Assembly (NCBI RefSeq): GCF_006345805.1 | Contig: NC_043013.1 | Location: 26,598,001-26,662,000 of the forward strand | Direction: 5' to 3' | DNA length: 64,000 bases | From: Octopus sinensis | Lineage: Eukaryota | In this document: positions 12,401-25,739 of the stretch, in pieces | Layout of the letters: each line of letters starts with the position of its first letter | Position numbering within the stretch: position 1 is the first letter of the stretch | Translations under genes and position numbers: made by a program | The notes under the pieces: generated by a model | What the model was told of the DNA's origin: nothing | Database searches by the model: none | What the model saw: only the letters and a program-made list of their open reading frames with translations

Positions 12401-13722
12401 CCACTCAAATTAATTGTAAGTAGGTACCATTAAGTTCAAACAATTCTTTTTCCATTAAGTATTATTGCAGCAGTAATGCAAATTTGATGAGTTTGATTTC
12501 TGTAGGAGCAGCTTTGGTCTATCTGACTTACTCTAGTGGTACATTTATGACCCAATAGCAAGAGGCCACTTTCATTAAGCTTACTCTTCTCAAAGCATTA
12601 TTATATTTTTTAAATATGTATCTGAAGGAAAAGGATAGCACCTATACCGTTTTTGGATCCTCTGTGGCTGAGGGGGATTTGGGTAATTACATGAGGTTTG
12701 TGTTTAGATGGGAAAGTTAATGGCTTGTAGTAGTGGGTCAGAAGGATAAAATGAAATTTAGGAGGGATTGTTACTGATAGCTGGTGGGAGGGATTCCATG
12801 AAATTTAGGTGAGATTGTTATTTTAATGGTAGCTGTAGGAGAAAAACGATTGTGTTTAACAAGGAGTGTGGATCAGGAAGTGATTCAAAGGGAATGCAAG
12901 AAGAAGGGAGCATTGAGATATGAAGTTGTTGCTTAGTTCTGAAGTCAAACTTAATTGATCAGATGCATTTATGATAAAAAGGTATTCCAGCTGCGACCGT
13001 CCTGTCTGGGACAACATATCATATATCCTCTGCTTATTTAAAACATGAGGGAGTCATTTGAGTAAGATTTGGCTGGTATTTACAAGATGCCAAGCGACCA
13101 TGTAAAGATTCTCTATTCAGCTCCAGTGCATAGACTTTCACAGGAGAATAGGCTGAGGGATACTACAAAATTGTTGATGCTGTTGCTGTTATTGTTAATA
13201 CAGCAGATGTTTTGCAGTTGAATTACGTTCCTCATAATGATTTAAGCAGGAAATGAAAGTGTTTGTACACAGCGTATGTGTATGCGTGTGCGTACAAGGT
13301 GTGTGTATGTGTGTGTGTAGAAAGGAGAAGAATTATCACTGATAAACTGCAACTAATCAAGCTTATATATATAACATTATTATTTAATTTAAATTTATTA
13401 TACTTTCGAGGTTGTCTCCCCTGCTTCCCATTTTTTAACCAGAGTTTGTCATTAAAATTCAGATTAATGGGGTTGTCTCCCTTGACTCCATTGTTTTTTT
13501 TTTTCTTTTTCATCATTAAAGGTGTTATAGTAATTAAAATTTCTCAGTTTACCACACCATGTATGCTATCATCCACGTTTCTATTGATTATTTATCTTGA
13601 TCAAACTTTACTAAACCACTGAACCAGGAAACTTATGTTGTTAGTATTTAACCCCAGTGAGTAGACCGTCTGATCAAAGACAAACGATCTGTAACACTTT
13701 TACTCTCTCACACACACACACA

Positions 13723-13758
<36 letters not shown>

Positions 13759-14043
13759 TCAAACGATGTCTGAAATATTGAACTACATAGTCTATATTTG
13801 TGATTTTTTCTAAAGAAGGCAGAGTATGAATTATGTGTGTGTGTGTGTTGATTATTGGTGAACAAAAATATTGGATACTGATTTTCAACTTGCCAATATG
13901 TTTTGGCGGCTGATGTGACAAGGAAGTGCATGTAACTCACAACAGAACAAACATCATAACTGACTTTATTAAAAAAAAAAGTAACAAAAGTTGTCTTAGT
14001 TTTCTCCCCAATGTTTATCTCCTAGTCCAAAATAGAAAGATAC

Positions 14044-14074
<31 letters not shown>

Positions 14075-15716
14075 CAGAGATGGGTGGTGAGGTAGACAAC
14101 TTCTGTGTTGATGAGCCACACTGAAGCAGTAACACCTATCTGCAACTGTTCTCTTGTCTCCAGACAATCAGAATGTTTTTTCCTTAGTGAAGTTTCAATG
14201 TTGGTGAGTTCTTGATTCTTGACATGCTATTGCCTTCTCATTTGGAGTTGATGCCAATTGCCACAAGGCATTTCTCTATTCTTTTGTCAAAGGGAAGGTT
14301 GTTTCTTTGAGGAATCAAGAATTAATCAGACATGGTAGCTGATATCTCCTTGAGTCATTTGTTTCTATTTTCTACATCCATGCCGCTAGCATCTCCGAGT
14401 TATTTCTCTTTTGTCATTCTCCTATACACACACACACACACACACACACACATGCACACATACATACATATGTATGTATGTGTGTGTGTGCATGCACATT
14501 CATACATGTACACACACACATCCACACACGACTGATTTCTGTATAATTCCCACCTACCAAATTCCATTTGAAATACATTGGTCTATGTGGCACTATGTTA
14601 GCTGAGATTTGCCCAGGGTGCCCACCTTGTCGGGGTCATACACAGGACCACACAACTTCAAACTGACCTTCTTAATCATACAGTCATGCCCGAGAGAAAT
14701 TTTGACTATTATTTTTAGCAGGTCAGGTCACCACAAAGCAGCTGCTCTGTTGCTGTTTAGCATCAGTTCAGTCCTGAACAATTACATTTTATGATCAAAA
14801 GCAGCCCACCTGTAATATCTTGTCATTATCTTCAATTTTTTTTCATTTTCATCAGGTTTTGTATATCTAGGACTATACTTATTTAATGTTCTTTCATTCT
14901 TTTTTTTTTCTTTGCTTTGTTTCTTATATATGATAAAAGAGAGATTTGAGGGAAATACATCTATCAGGTTGAATGACAATGTAGAAATTCACTTTTGACT
15001 TGAAAACTTCTTTAGCCTTTCACTATTAATAGTGCTAGCAAACTTTATGTAGAAAGTATAATTGTTATTGATCAAAACTTTACACTCATCTAGCAGTGGC
15101 AAACATTGTTGAAGAATGCTTTAAATAACCCAAACAAAAGTAAGGGAGATAATTCAAGATCAGAACAAAAACAAAAAATCCTTTAAATGAACAGACACAT
15201 TAAATAAGTCTTTCTATTGTTGGTATGTGGCATGGAATTATGTGAGGGGAGACTGGTAAATTATATTGACCACAGTGCTCAAATAATACTTAATTTTTTA
15301 TTGACCCCAAAAGGATGAAAGGCAAAGTCAACATCAATGGAATTTGAAGTCAGAACATAAAATTAGAAAATATAATAACAATCCTTTCTAAGGAAGCCAA
15401 CTGGCAGAACCATGAACACATCAGACAAAATGATTAGCTGCATTTCATTCTTCCTTACATTCTGAGTTCAAATTCCACCAATGCCAACTTTGCCTTTCAT
15501 CCTTTTCGGGTTTATAAAGTAACTACCAGTTGAGCATGGGGAAATCAATGTAATCAACTTACTCCCTCCTGCAAAATTGCTGGCCATGTGTTAAAATTTT
15601 AAACCACAATGATAATAATAATAATAATTTCTACTATTGATACAAGATATCAAGTTTTGGTGGGAGGGGGCTAGTGGATTGCACCAACCCTAGTATTCAA
15701 CTGGTACTTATTTAAG

Positions 15717-15947
15717 GCGGCGAGCTGGCAGAATCGTTAGTACGCCAGGCGAAATGCTTACCGGTATTTCGTCTGCCGCTATGTTCTGAGTTCAAATTCC
15801 ACCGAGGTCGACTTTGCCTTTCATCCTTTTGGAGCCAGTATTTTTAGTACCAGTTATGCACTGGGGTTGATATAATCGACTTAATCCGTTTGTCTGTCCT
15901 TGTTTGTCCTCTCTGTGTTTATCCCCTTGTGGATAGTAAAGAAATAT
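15717..15947 (+). mobile_element. tRNA-head SINE, family A
   Basis: GGCGGCGAGCTGGCAGAATCGTTAG A-box-like head and GAGTTCAAATTCC B-box-like motif; homologous copies occur throughout the window. Confidence 0.8.
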
Positions 15948-16329
15948 GTATTTATTTTGTTGACCCTGAAAGTCAACTCCAGTATAATTTGAACTCAGAA
16001 CATAAAACCAGGAGCAATGCCGCTAAGCATTTTGTCCATCGTATTAATTATTCTGCCAGCTCAATGCCATCTTTGAATTGCTTGAAAAGTGAATTGGTTG
16101 GGTGGATTATGTTTCAGACAACCAACTGTTGGATCCTGAATTCATATTCTACAGTCTTTTTGGTATGTTTCTGCACAGTGAAAATATCTATCAGAATGAA
16201 CCAATGGGATAAGCTCTACACATTTGTACAACCTTATAGAAATAGCAACCAAATCACCTCTACCATCTTAAAAATGGATGCTGTAAATTGGATACATATA
16301 AGATACACTATGTTTGAAAAAAACAGGTG

Positions 16330-16700
16330 CAGGCATGGCTTTGTGGTTAAGAAGCTCTCTTTGAAATCATCTGCTTTTGGCTTCAGTTCCACTGTGCAGC
16401 AAAATGAGCAAGTGTCTCTGATATAGCTCTGAACTGACCAATGCTTTGTGAGTGAATTTGATACATGAAAAATGTGCAAGCCTATCTGTAGGTATGTATG
16501 TTGTGTGTGTGTGTCCTTAGTGTTAGTCTCCCACATCACTTGACAACCAATGTTGGTTTGTTTATATCCCTGTAACTCAGTAGTTTGGCAAAATAGACAG
16601 ACAGATTTAAAATAAATGCTGAAGCCAATTCATGCAATTAAAAGTTCTTCAAAGCTGTGCCCCAGTATGGCCAGAGTGTAATGACCGAAACAAATAAAGC
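16330..16700 (+). mobile_element. tRNA-head SINE, family B (CORE-like centre, LINE-like tail)
   Basis: GGCATGGCTTTGTGGTTAAGAAGC head; tail GCTGTGCCCCAGTATGGCC; homologous to 26567-26975. Confidence 0.7.
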
Positions 16701-16759
16701 TAAAGCAAAATGACCTGCTTATCATCCAATACATTATGCTTCCCTTAATAATTCTTAGG

Positions 16760-16950
16760 TACAATAAGGGTGGTGAACTGGTAGAACCATTAGAGTAACA
16801 AACAAAATTCCTTGTGGCTTTTAGTTGCAGCTCATTATGATCCAAGTTCAAATCCCACTGAAGACAACTTTGTCTTTCATCCTTATGGGGTCAATAACAT
16901 AAAATACCTGCCAAATATTTGGGTTGATGCAATCAATTAAACCCCTTGAA
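16760..16950 (+). mobile_element. SINE family A, degraded
   Basis: GGTGAACTGGTAGAACCATTAG...AAGTTCAAATCCC...TTTCATCC. Confidence 0.6.
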
Positions 16951-18264
16951 ACTACTGACCTAAATTAGAAACAGTTCTCTTCGCCTCATTCTATTTAAAT
17001 GATATTTCCACTTCTGTATTTTAATCTTCTATATTTATCATTCAATGGAAGACTATTCTCCCAAAATCTTTGCTGATGTGTGCGTGTTTAACTAATCAAC
17101 AGGAAGGAAAGTTTTAATTGCTATTGTGATTATCAAGTTGCCTGTCTAATTAGTAAATGGACCAGCTCTCACATCATATTATACTTTATCCCCTAAAGTT
17201 AATAATTTACCTATTGATTAACATATTGATTTCTCACATTGGCACAACCTACAAATTTGTTGATTCTAATCCTAGGGTTTGGACTTTATAATCAATTAAA
17301 TCAACAAGAACTAGCACTTATTTTATTAGATTCTGGGGCAGTGGGGGTGGGGGGAGAAAAAGATGAAGTGAATCCGTGCAAAATTGAACTCTGGATTTAA
17401 AGGATGATGACTAAATTCTACAAAGCACTTAATCTGGCTCTCTACCACTTCTACCATTTCACTCTGGCCATATGTTAATTTATGAGCCAATGAAAGAGCC
17501 TCTACATGGTACACTTGGCCTGCTAGAAATAACAGCCAAATCTCTCTCAAATTACATATCACCTGAAATGGGAGGAGGCATTGGACAGTGCAAGCTTAGG
17601 CATGCAAATAGTCATGGCTGGAATACCTGTCATCAAAAATGGTAATGGCTGGAATGCTTGTCATCAAAAATTTGCTTGATCTGGACTGACATTATGCTAA
17701 ACACTAGCAGCACCAGCAACAGTAACAACATCAATACTGTTATCAGCTTCCTCTGTTATGTCTACCACCATCATGCAATATTAAAGTGTAATCTGATGAG
17801 TTAAAGTGGTGGTGGTGGTGGGGGATTTACATGATCACTCAATCTACAAGAAATAGCAGCCAAATTTCTTAAATTACTCTCTGGCTGAAGAATACATTGG
17901 ACAATGTAGTCCAACATAGACAAAAGGAGCCAATATGGTTATAGCTGAATTGTCTTTGACCATAAATCTACTCAATCTGGACTAAACTGCAAAATGTCAA
18001 TATATTGACAAGAAATTAAGAGAGAGAAATCTATTACAGCTCACTTCACTCCGGTTCAACTGATCCATGCTCAATTTGTGATCTTGCTGGAATGTTCGGT
18101 GCCAGTATGTCTTCTTTCTGTTTCCCTTTCACCAGTGCCATGACTCAGTCTGCCACCTTCATTAGCTAGAAGGTTGTGGAAGATTGGACAACTTTTCCAA
18201 CCTGGGCATTAGTGATGAGTAGCGATAGGAGCAAGTAAAGGTGATGTGGTCAATAGAATTGGCA

Positions 18265-18390
18265 TGGTATGGCTGTGTGGTTAAGAAGTTAGCTCCCCAA
18301 CCACATGGTTTTGGGTTCAGTCCCTCTGTGTGGCATCTTTGACAAGTGGTTTCTACTGTAGCCCTGGGCTGACCAAAGCCCTGTAGGAGA
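18265..18390 (+). mobile_element. SINE family B, 5' fragment
   Basis: TGGCTGTGTGGTTAAGAAG...GGGTTCAGTCCC...GACCAAAGCC. Confidence 0.7.
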
Positions 18391-18419
18391 AACTGTTTAC
18401 GGAACGATTAGTAGAAAAC

Positions 18420-20560
18420 TACCTCAAGCACTCACACAAGTTACTTTGAAGATAGCAATATAATTAGCAACAACAACAACAACAGTCACCTTTGCATGGA
18501 CTACACTATAATCCGCTCATGCAGTTGTGTTAAAGTGAATCTTCCTTTAATGTTAAACTGACCAAACAGAGTTTTTAGATCTGTTGCAGTTACAAGAGAA
18601 AAACTTTAGTTAGGAGATTGTTATAAGACCAAACAGTATTTCTTTGTCATGGGGATTAAACCAAAGGAGGGTAAAAAGAATAATGATATACTTTCAAAAG
18701 GATGGAAGTGGAATATATTTTCCCTCATGTCAAGAAGTTTAACAAGCTCTTCAGGATATAGTGGGGGAAATCTTCTCATCAGAAAATGGCAATTTCCCTA
18801 CATCTATTATTTCTTCGCCATTGCTTGATAATGCTACACTACTATTGGCTGGCGCTGTTATAGAATGGGATGTTAGTAGTTTTCTTGTTCCTGTCCAGGC
18901 ATTAGAGCTCTGTAAGATTCCAGTTAATGGTGTTAAAAATATATTGGACTACTGGAAGTGCCAGGGTGTTAATGGCTTCGATGCAATTTTTAGAGTTGAG
19001 ATCAGTTTTTACTATGAGTCTTACTCTGCTGCAATACTCCTTTCTTATTTTTTTCTCTTTCTTCATAGTAACATGTTGTATACTGTCTCCTTCGTTTATC
19101 TCCAGGCATTTGTAAGTTTTTTGTGTATCAAGCACCTTGATGGTAGTGTTAGTATCTAATTTAATGGAACCTTTTTGCCTGAGCTTGCCTCTTACAAAAG
19201 TTGATTTAGCACATTTATCAAGGCCAAAGTCCATCCCGATGTCATTACTGAATTCTTTAACAGTTGTCAGCAGCACTACTAGCTCTTTGTCATTTCTAGG
19301 AAACAGCTTTAGATCCTCCATATAAAAAAGATGGTTTATTGTCATATTGTAAACTTTGAACATGACCTGAGTTTTTTAGTTCATTTAAGAGTGGGATCAG
19401 TGCCATGCAAAAGAGTAATGAGGAGAGGAAGCCACCTTGAAAGATGCCTCGTTTGTTGTTGATGTTGTTAGATTGGCTCATACCATTACTATAGTGTTGA
19501 AGGAGATGTGTGTTCTACTGGGTCATGCTATCTTGTAAAAATTTGGAGATGACAGGAGAGATCTTCTATATCTCAAGGGCCTTAAGTATCCAATTATAAG
19601 GGACATTATCAAACGCTTTCCTGTAGTCTATCCATGCTATATTCAGGTTCTTCTTGTTGCTCTAGCAATTTTCTACAATCGTATTATTTATTAGTAATTG
19701 ATCTTTGAACTTGCAAGAATTCCTTTAAAAGCCTTTTTGAGCTTGTGGAAGGATAGAGTTCTGTTCAAGGAAAGTTTATGTTCTGTCAGGTAATATGGAT
19801 GTGAGGATCTTGTAGGTGGTTGCTGAGACACGTTATTGGTCAGTAGTTCTTTGAATTTTTTTGTATCTTCAGTTTTTGGTAGAAGGTATGTTGTTCTTTC
19901 AGTTAGCCAGGCAGGTAATTGTTTTGGATTCTGGATGACATCAGTCACAGATGCAGCAAAAGTTTGGTGTACTTCTCTCAGACAATTTTGCCAGAAGTTA
20001 GGAATTCTGTCCAGTCCTGGGATTTTCCATTTGTGAGACTTCCTAAGAACACATCTTAGAGCTCTTCTATTCCTATTACCACCCATTTCTGCTTTTCAAC
20101 TTCATCCAGTCTTCCTTTCTCATGTTCTATCCAGTCAGCTTCAGCATTATATTCTTTTTTGTTGCTCCATATCTTCTTGCAAAAATCTTCCATTTCCTCG
20201 GTCTTAGGTGGCTGCTTTACTTCTATCTTACTTTTGCCAATTTCCTTATAAAGTTTCTTTGCACCCATTTTGAATATCTTGTTTTGTCGCTAAAATTTTA
20301 TTCTTTTGTCATACCTTCTGAGCTGTTGGACTTTCAGTTGCATTCATCATTTCTATTGTTCCTTGGTTGCAGGGAGGTTTATGAAATCAAAGATTTTTAC
20401 TTGATTTTTCTAGCTTGTTTTGTCTTAACATTTACCCCTCTAGCATGTTCATTGAGAACTGATACATCTATCCACAGAGATTTGATCTCTTTTTGTACTG
20501 CTGCTTTCATTTTTTGTATTGCTACATTCCCCTTTTCCATGTTGTCCTGATACCTAGTCG
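18420..20560 (-). mobile_element. Decayed R4/Dong-like non-LTR retrotransposon, copy 3
   Basis: WKIPGLDRIPNFW, RGIFQGGFLSSLLFCMAL, INHLFYMEDLKL, FGLDKCA, YKCLEI and NCIEAINTLALPV in broken frames. Confidence 0.85.
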
Positions 20561-20617
20561 AGCAATTACAACTTTAGCAGTGGAATAAATAATGTTACTT
20601 TAGGTTGGGTATGTTAG

Positions 20618-20654
<37 letters not shown>

Positions 20655-20870
20655 GGCAGCAACCTAGCAGAATCATTAGTATTCTGGATAAAATGCTTAG
20701 AGACATTTCATCCATATTTACATTCTGAGTTCAAATTCTGCTGAGGTCAACTTTGCCTTTCATACTTCCAGGGTTGATAAAACAAGTGCCAGTTGAGCAC
20801 TGGGGTAAATGTAATTGACCTACCCTTTCACTGAAATTGCTGGCTGTGTGCCAAAATTTGAAGCCATTAT
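20655..20870 (+). mobile_element. SINE family A
   Basis: AAGGCAGCAACCTAGCAGAATC...GAGTTCAAATTCTGC...CAACTTTGCCTTTCAT. Confidence 0.7.
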
Positions 20871-20984
20871 TATTATTATTATCATCTTCATCATCACCAT
20901 CATCATCATTATTATTATATGAAAACTCACAGCTTATTTTGCTGAGCATGAGGGAAAGTGTCAGCCAGCAGACTAAAGTAACGC

Positions 20985-22254
20985 TTGTTTACTGGTCATG
21001 TGTCAAGAACCCTGCGAAGAATTCTTGCAGTTCCAAGCAATGCTGATTTCTGTAGGTGTTCTACCTTCACACTTGCATCATTCTTTTTTTCAGCCATGTT
21101 GGTAGTTGAGTGCCGATACTTCCAAGTGCATCAATTACTATTGGTATCACGTCTACTCTCTTCATTGACCATAACCTTCGTGTTTCCCACTTCAAATCAT
21201 CACAATTGTTTATTTTTTTCTTCTTCTATCACATGCTATGTCAATAATAGTACATGTTCTTTGTTTTTTATTCACCACAACAATGTCCGGTTTCCGATGT
21301 CTGGTCGGCTGATCACATTGGAACATTGCATCCCTCAAGATTTTGCAGTTCTCATTTTTGCTGACTCCTTTAGGAGTTTGGTTATACCATGTCTTTGCTC
21401 TTTGTAGGCCATGATTTCCATAGACCTCCCAATGGATCATTCTTGCCACATTGTCATGGTATCTTTTGTATTTGTGTTGTGCCAATTTCGGGCATTCACT
21501 AACAACGTGCCATACTATTTCACCCCTCTCATCACACATTCTGCATTTGTCACTATCGGTAATGTTGTCTATTCTGCACTTCATATAATTGGTCCTTATT
21601 GCTTGTTCCTGAGCTGCGCATATGAGTGCTTCTGTCTCTATCTCCAAGTCATTCCTCCTCATCCATAGCCACCGGTCTTCTGTATCTGTCTTGGCTTTCA
21701 CATCTCTTGCAAACTGACTGTACATTTTCTTTTCCTTCCATTCTTTTTCTTTTCTTTTGTTCATTTCTTGTTTAAAATATTCTTTAGTTACACAATTTTC
21801 AGTTTTAATGATGCTGGCCTTCTTCATGTGTTTCAACAGTGGCTCCACGGCATTTTTTATATACAACTCTGGGCTGTTTTCCTCTGCTTCAATACAGTCC
21901 TGGCAACTAATCAAACCTCTCCGACCCTTTCTTCAGAACAAGTACAGCCTATTGGTGTCACTCTTTGGGTGGAAGGCTCCATGTACTGTCAACATTTTTC
22001 TGGTCTTGGTATCCATTCTCTTCACTTCTCTCTTTTGCCATTTTATAATTCCTGCTCCATACCAAAGTGATGCTATTGCCCACATATTAACTGCTTGGAT
22101 TTTATTGCATCTAGTCAATTTTGAGCGCAACACCAACCTCAATCTCCAGAAATACTCCATCATCAGTTGCTCTTTCATTTTCTTTTCCATTATCTCATTG
22201 AACTCTAGTATACCAAGGTATTTGTATGCTTCCATTTCAATTTGCTTAATCTAG
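20985..22254 (-). mobile_element. R4/Dong-like element, copy 4 (thumb, CCHC finger, REL endonuclease), interrupted by the Gypsy fragment; continues at 24365-24420
   Basis: YKYLGILE; CRMCDERGEIVWHVVSEC (CCHC); RHRKPDIVVVNK...IIDIA (REL PD..D); frame rejoins across the insertion as IELLK*D*IKQIEMEAYKYLG. Confidence 0.9.
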
Positions 22255-23198
22255 TGTAAGAAATATGAACGCACGTGGTCGCATTGTGTAGAGAATACAA
22301 TCGCACGTGGTCATATTCTTAACGAATTATTGCAAGCCATAAATACATGCAGTAACAACAGAAAATAAGTGAATCAACGACAAGTCTTGCTGTGGAGAGA
22401 TAAATATTATTTATTTTACAACCGTGTCAATGTTAGGAGTTCGTAAGCATTAACACGTGTTTGTGTCTGTGTGTTCATGTGTGTGACAGAACAGTAAGAG
22501 TGAATGCGTTTGGCATAGAAGGGTACAGAACATAGAATATATAATGGAAATTGGTTTACTGTTCGTATGGCGAAGACGTTGGAAACGACTGGAAGCTGAT
22601 ACATGATGGTGGAGGCGGCAAAGATAGTAGGCTTTCTGTGATTGTGTACATTAGCGTCGTAGCTAGTGGTAGCAGGAACAATCGTATATTGCTTGGTTGA
22701 GTAGCGCTGTGGTCTAAAGTTAGTTCTTAGAAGAACTGGAACCAAAGACAAAAAGTGTCTGAAAACACTCCTTTATATACCGGTTGGGTGGCTCAAACGA
22801 GCCTCAGAAATGGAATCTTAACCAAAGGCCGTGATTGGTTGTTTCGGGACAGTGGCGCGAAAATAAGTGGAGACAAATCGCGTCACGTGTCAACCAATCA
22901 GGTTAGTGTTTACAACAGGAACAAGTTGGCCAAAGATGGCTGTAACCTCAAACGAGATCATTTCTGCCTTGCCTTTCAAATAGTGAAGATATTAGAAATC
23001 ACTATAGTCATATTTCAAAATGGCTGAAACTGCCATGCTACATCAGCCTCTCGCCAGAAAAATTGTTACAATTTTGCGAAGGAAATTCGTTATACAAATA
23101 TATTTTCTTTTTTTTTTTTTTTTTACAAATGCATTTACAAGTTTAAAACATATGAACTTAGTCTTTCCAATACAGCTTATGTTTATCATGTTCGTACA
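22255..23198 (-). repeat. Putative 944-bp 3' LTR
   Basis: On the - strand it starts TGTACG right after the purine tract GAAAGGAGAGGAACAA and ends CTTACA; CCAAT 22834-22838, TATATAAAG 22771-22779 and AATAAA 22410-22415 are in the expected order. Confidence 0.75.
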
Positions 23199-23324
23199 TT
23201 GTTCCTCTCCTTTCGCTGAAAAAAAAAAAATGTTTTTTTTTTCCTTTTTTTCTTTTTTCTTTTTATATAATCCATGAATAAAATCCTAAAAAAAATTTTC
23301 TTTTTTTTTTTTTATATAAAATCC

Positions 23325-24358
23325 TCAAACAAACTGAGAAAGTTTTCTTGGGAAATGGACAGTTCTACCACTTCTAGTTTTTTTTTTATTTGTAGGTGAT
23401 TTTAGAATTGATTTCGCTTTTCCCTCAACATCGGATTTGTCTTTTTCTATATCATTTTGTTTCACGCTGTGTTGATGTGTGTTGCTCATATCTCCGGTTT
23501 CATGACATGGATCTTGGTCGAAATAAGCTTTTTTTACTCTGTCGACACTGACAATTTCTTTCTTTCCATTCATTTCCAAAGTCATAGTTTTGTCTGTAAC
23601 TGATAAGACTTTAAAAGGTCCGGTGTATTTATATCTCAGTGAATTATGAGCTGCATTGTTACGGACATACACATGTGTCCAAGATTTTATATCCGAAGGA
23701 AGAAAGCTTTTAACATTTTGCAATTTCTTGTACAAGAAGGAATATCCGTAAGAAATCTTTTTAGACGAGTTACATAATCATTAACATCTCCATTGAAAAT
23801 ATTAGTTTCCTCGAACATTTGAGCAGGTAGAGTTAATGTTGTTCCGTACAAAAGTTCAGCCGGAGAATACTGTATAGTTTCCTTAACCGCACTTCTAATT
23901 CCCAACAATACCACTGGCAAAGCCTCCAGCCAATCGTTAGAATTAGAATAAGTTCTTAATGAAGCTTTCAACTGTCTATGGAATCTTTCTACCATTCCGT
24001 TAGATTGTGGGTGATATGAAGTTGTACGAATTCTATTAATCCCTAACAATTTATTGAATTCTGAGAACAAGCTAGACTCAAATTGTCTACCACGATCTGT
24101 TGTCACTGTATTTGGGATGCCAAATCTAGACATCCAATTGGTAAACAAGGTTTTTGCTATAGTTACTGCAGATACATCTTTTATCGGATAAGCCTTGGGC
24201 CATCTCGAAAAACGATCGACACACGTCAACAAATACATATTATCCTCGCATGGAGGTAAGGGTCCCACTATATCGATGTGGATATGTTGGAATCTTGCAT
24301 CCGGATTTGCAAATGTACCTAATGGTGCTTTGATATGACGTTGTACTTTGGATTTCAC
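23325..24358 (-). pseudogene. Gypsy integrase (DDE core and GPF C-terminus), one frameshift near 23700-23735, N-terminal HHCC finger missing
   Basis: HIDIVGPL...TTDRGRQF...PQSNGMVERFHRQLK; KYTGPFKV. Confidence 0.92.
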
Positions 24359-24444
24359 ACTACACTAGTCTCATTTCAGTAATTCTATCACTGCTACCTC
24401 TTTTTAGGTAGATTATTCTGCACTTTTTGAGTTCAAATCCCATT

Positions 24445-24625
24445 AATTATTATCATCATTATTATTATTATCACCACCACCACCACCACCATCATCATCA
24501 TCATTATTTTCTTCTAAATTCTGATTAAAATTTCCAATAGTAAATCTGTAAATCTGCAGTAAATATATTAGTAACCCCATTTTCCTTCTCTTGAAGTATG
24601 CAGACCTTTGTTGCAGCTACAGCTT

Positions 24626-24671
<46 letters not shown>

Positions 24672-24690
24672 TACTACTACTACTACTAAA
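24445..24690. repeat. (ATT)/(CAC)/(CAT) and (CTA)n microsatellites
   Basis: Direct reading. Confidence 0.9.
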
Positions 24691-25046
24691 AGATAGCATT
24701 GCAATAAAAAGAAAAGAAAGGGTGGAAAAATAACCTAATTTTCTGGAAAGCACTATGGCTTTGATAAGAACTCTCAATACTTATCTGTTTCTTCAAACAA
24801 CCTAGTCTGTTTTCCTTTTGATGGCAAATAAAACCAGATGAATATTTTAGCAATTTATTTTATTGAGTTTTCATTTCCAGTACTAATCACTTTTTTCTCC
24901 AGGTCAGATTATGATGATGATGATGATGATTTCATTATTATTATTATCATCAGCATCATCATCATTATCATTATTATTATTATAAAATTCTTTGAACTAC
25001 TATAACTGTTTTCTTGTATTTTTCTTGTATTTTTCTTTTAATAAAA

Positions 25047-25066
25047 TCTATCTATCTATCTGTCTG

Positions 25067-25131
<65 letters not shown>

Positions 25132-25168
25132 ATCTATCTATCTATCTATCTATCTGTCTGTCTGTCTG

Positions 25169-25233
<65 letters not shown>

Positions 25234-25250
25234 GCCTGCCTGTCTGTCTC

Positions 25251-25346
<96 letters not shown>

Positions 25347-25365
25347 CCTGTCTGCCTGTCTGTCT
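25047..25365. repeat. (ATCT)n/(GTCT)n compound tetranucleotide array
   Basis: Direct reading. Confidence 0.95.
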
Positions 25366-25599
25366 ATATGCTTGATTGTCTATTTGTCTCTCCAGCTATC
25401 CATCCACACACACACACACACATGTAAAGACATATTGATATTTTTCTTTTGAGTCATAACAGCAAAAATGTGTATGTGAATATCAATGTTTATATAAAAT
25501 AGCAATACATAGGACTAGTTTTAAAGAAATGTCTTTTTAGGCATACATATGTACACATGTATGTATGTATGTATGTATGTATGTATGCATGTATGTATA

Positions 25600-25632
<33 letters not shown>

Positions 25633-25692
25633 GTATGTATTTATAGATGCATATATGTGTGTGTGTGTGTGTATGTCTGGATGTATAAATAT

Positions 25693-25734
<42 letters not shown>

Positions 25735-25739
<5 letters not shown>

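Larger units (their letters stand above)
22255..24364 (-). mobile_element. Ty3/Gypsy fragment: integrase core, 3' region and one LTR, bounded by TGTA...TACA and a CTAG target duplication
   Basis: CTAG at 22251-22254 and 24365-24368; integrase ORFs; PPT at 23199-23214. Confidence 0.9.

Noticed and set aside
14100-14800. Possible exons or ancient LINE fragments (also 18060-18230 and 39650-40080)
   Set aside because: No open frame with convincing motifs or splice pairs; too degraded to call
15717-15947. SINE heads as tRNA genes (also 26567 and 28637)
   Set aside because: Only A/B-box-like motifs; no complete cloverleaf, and they continue into repeat bodies
15890-16426. 178-aa ORF as a host gene
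   Set aside because: Runs through SINE fragments and has no recognisable domain
22255-24364. Ginger-type DNA transposon
   Set aside because: Terminal inverted match is only TGTA/TACA, while a PPT and a typical LTR are present
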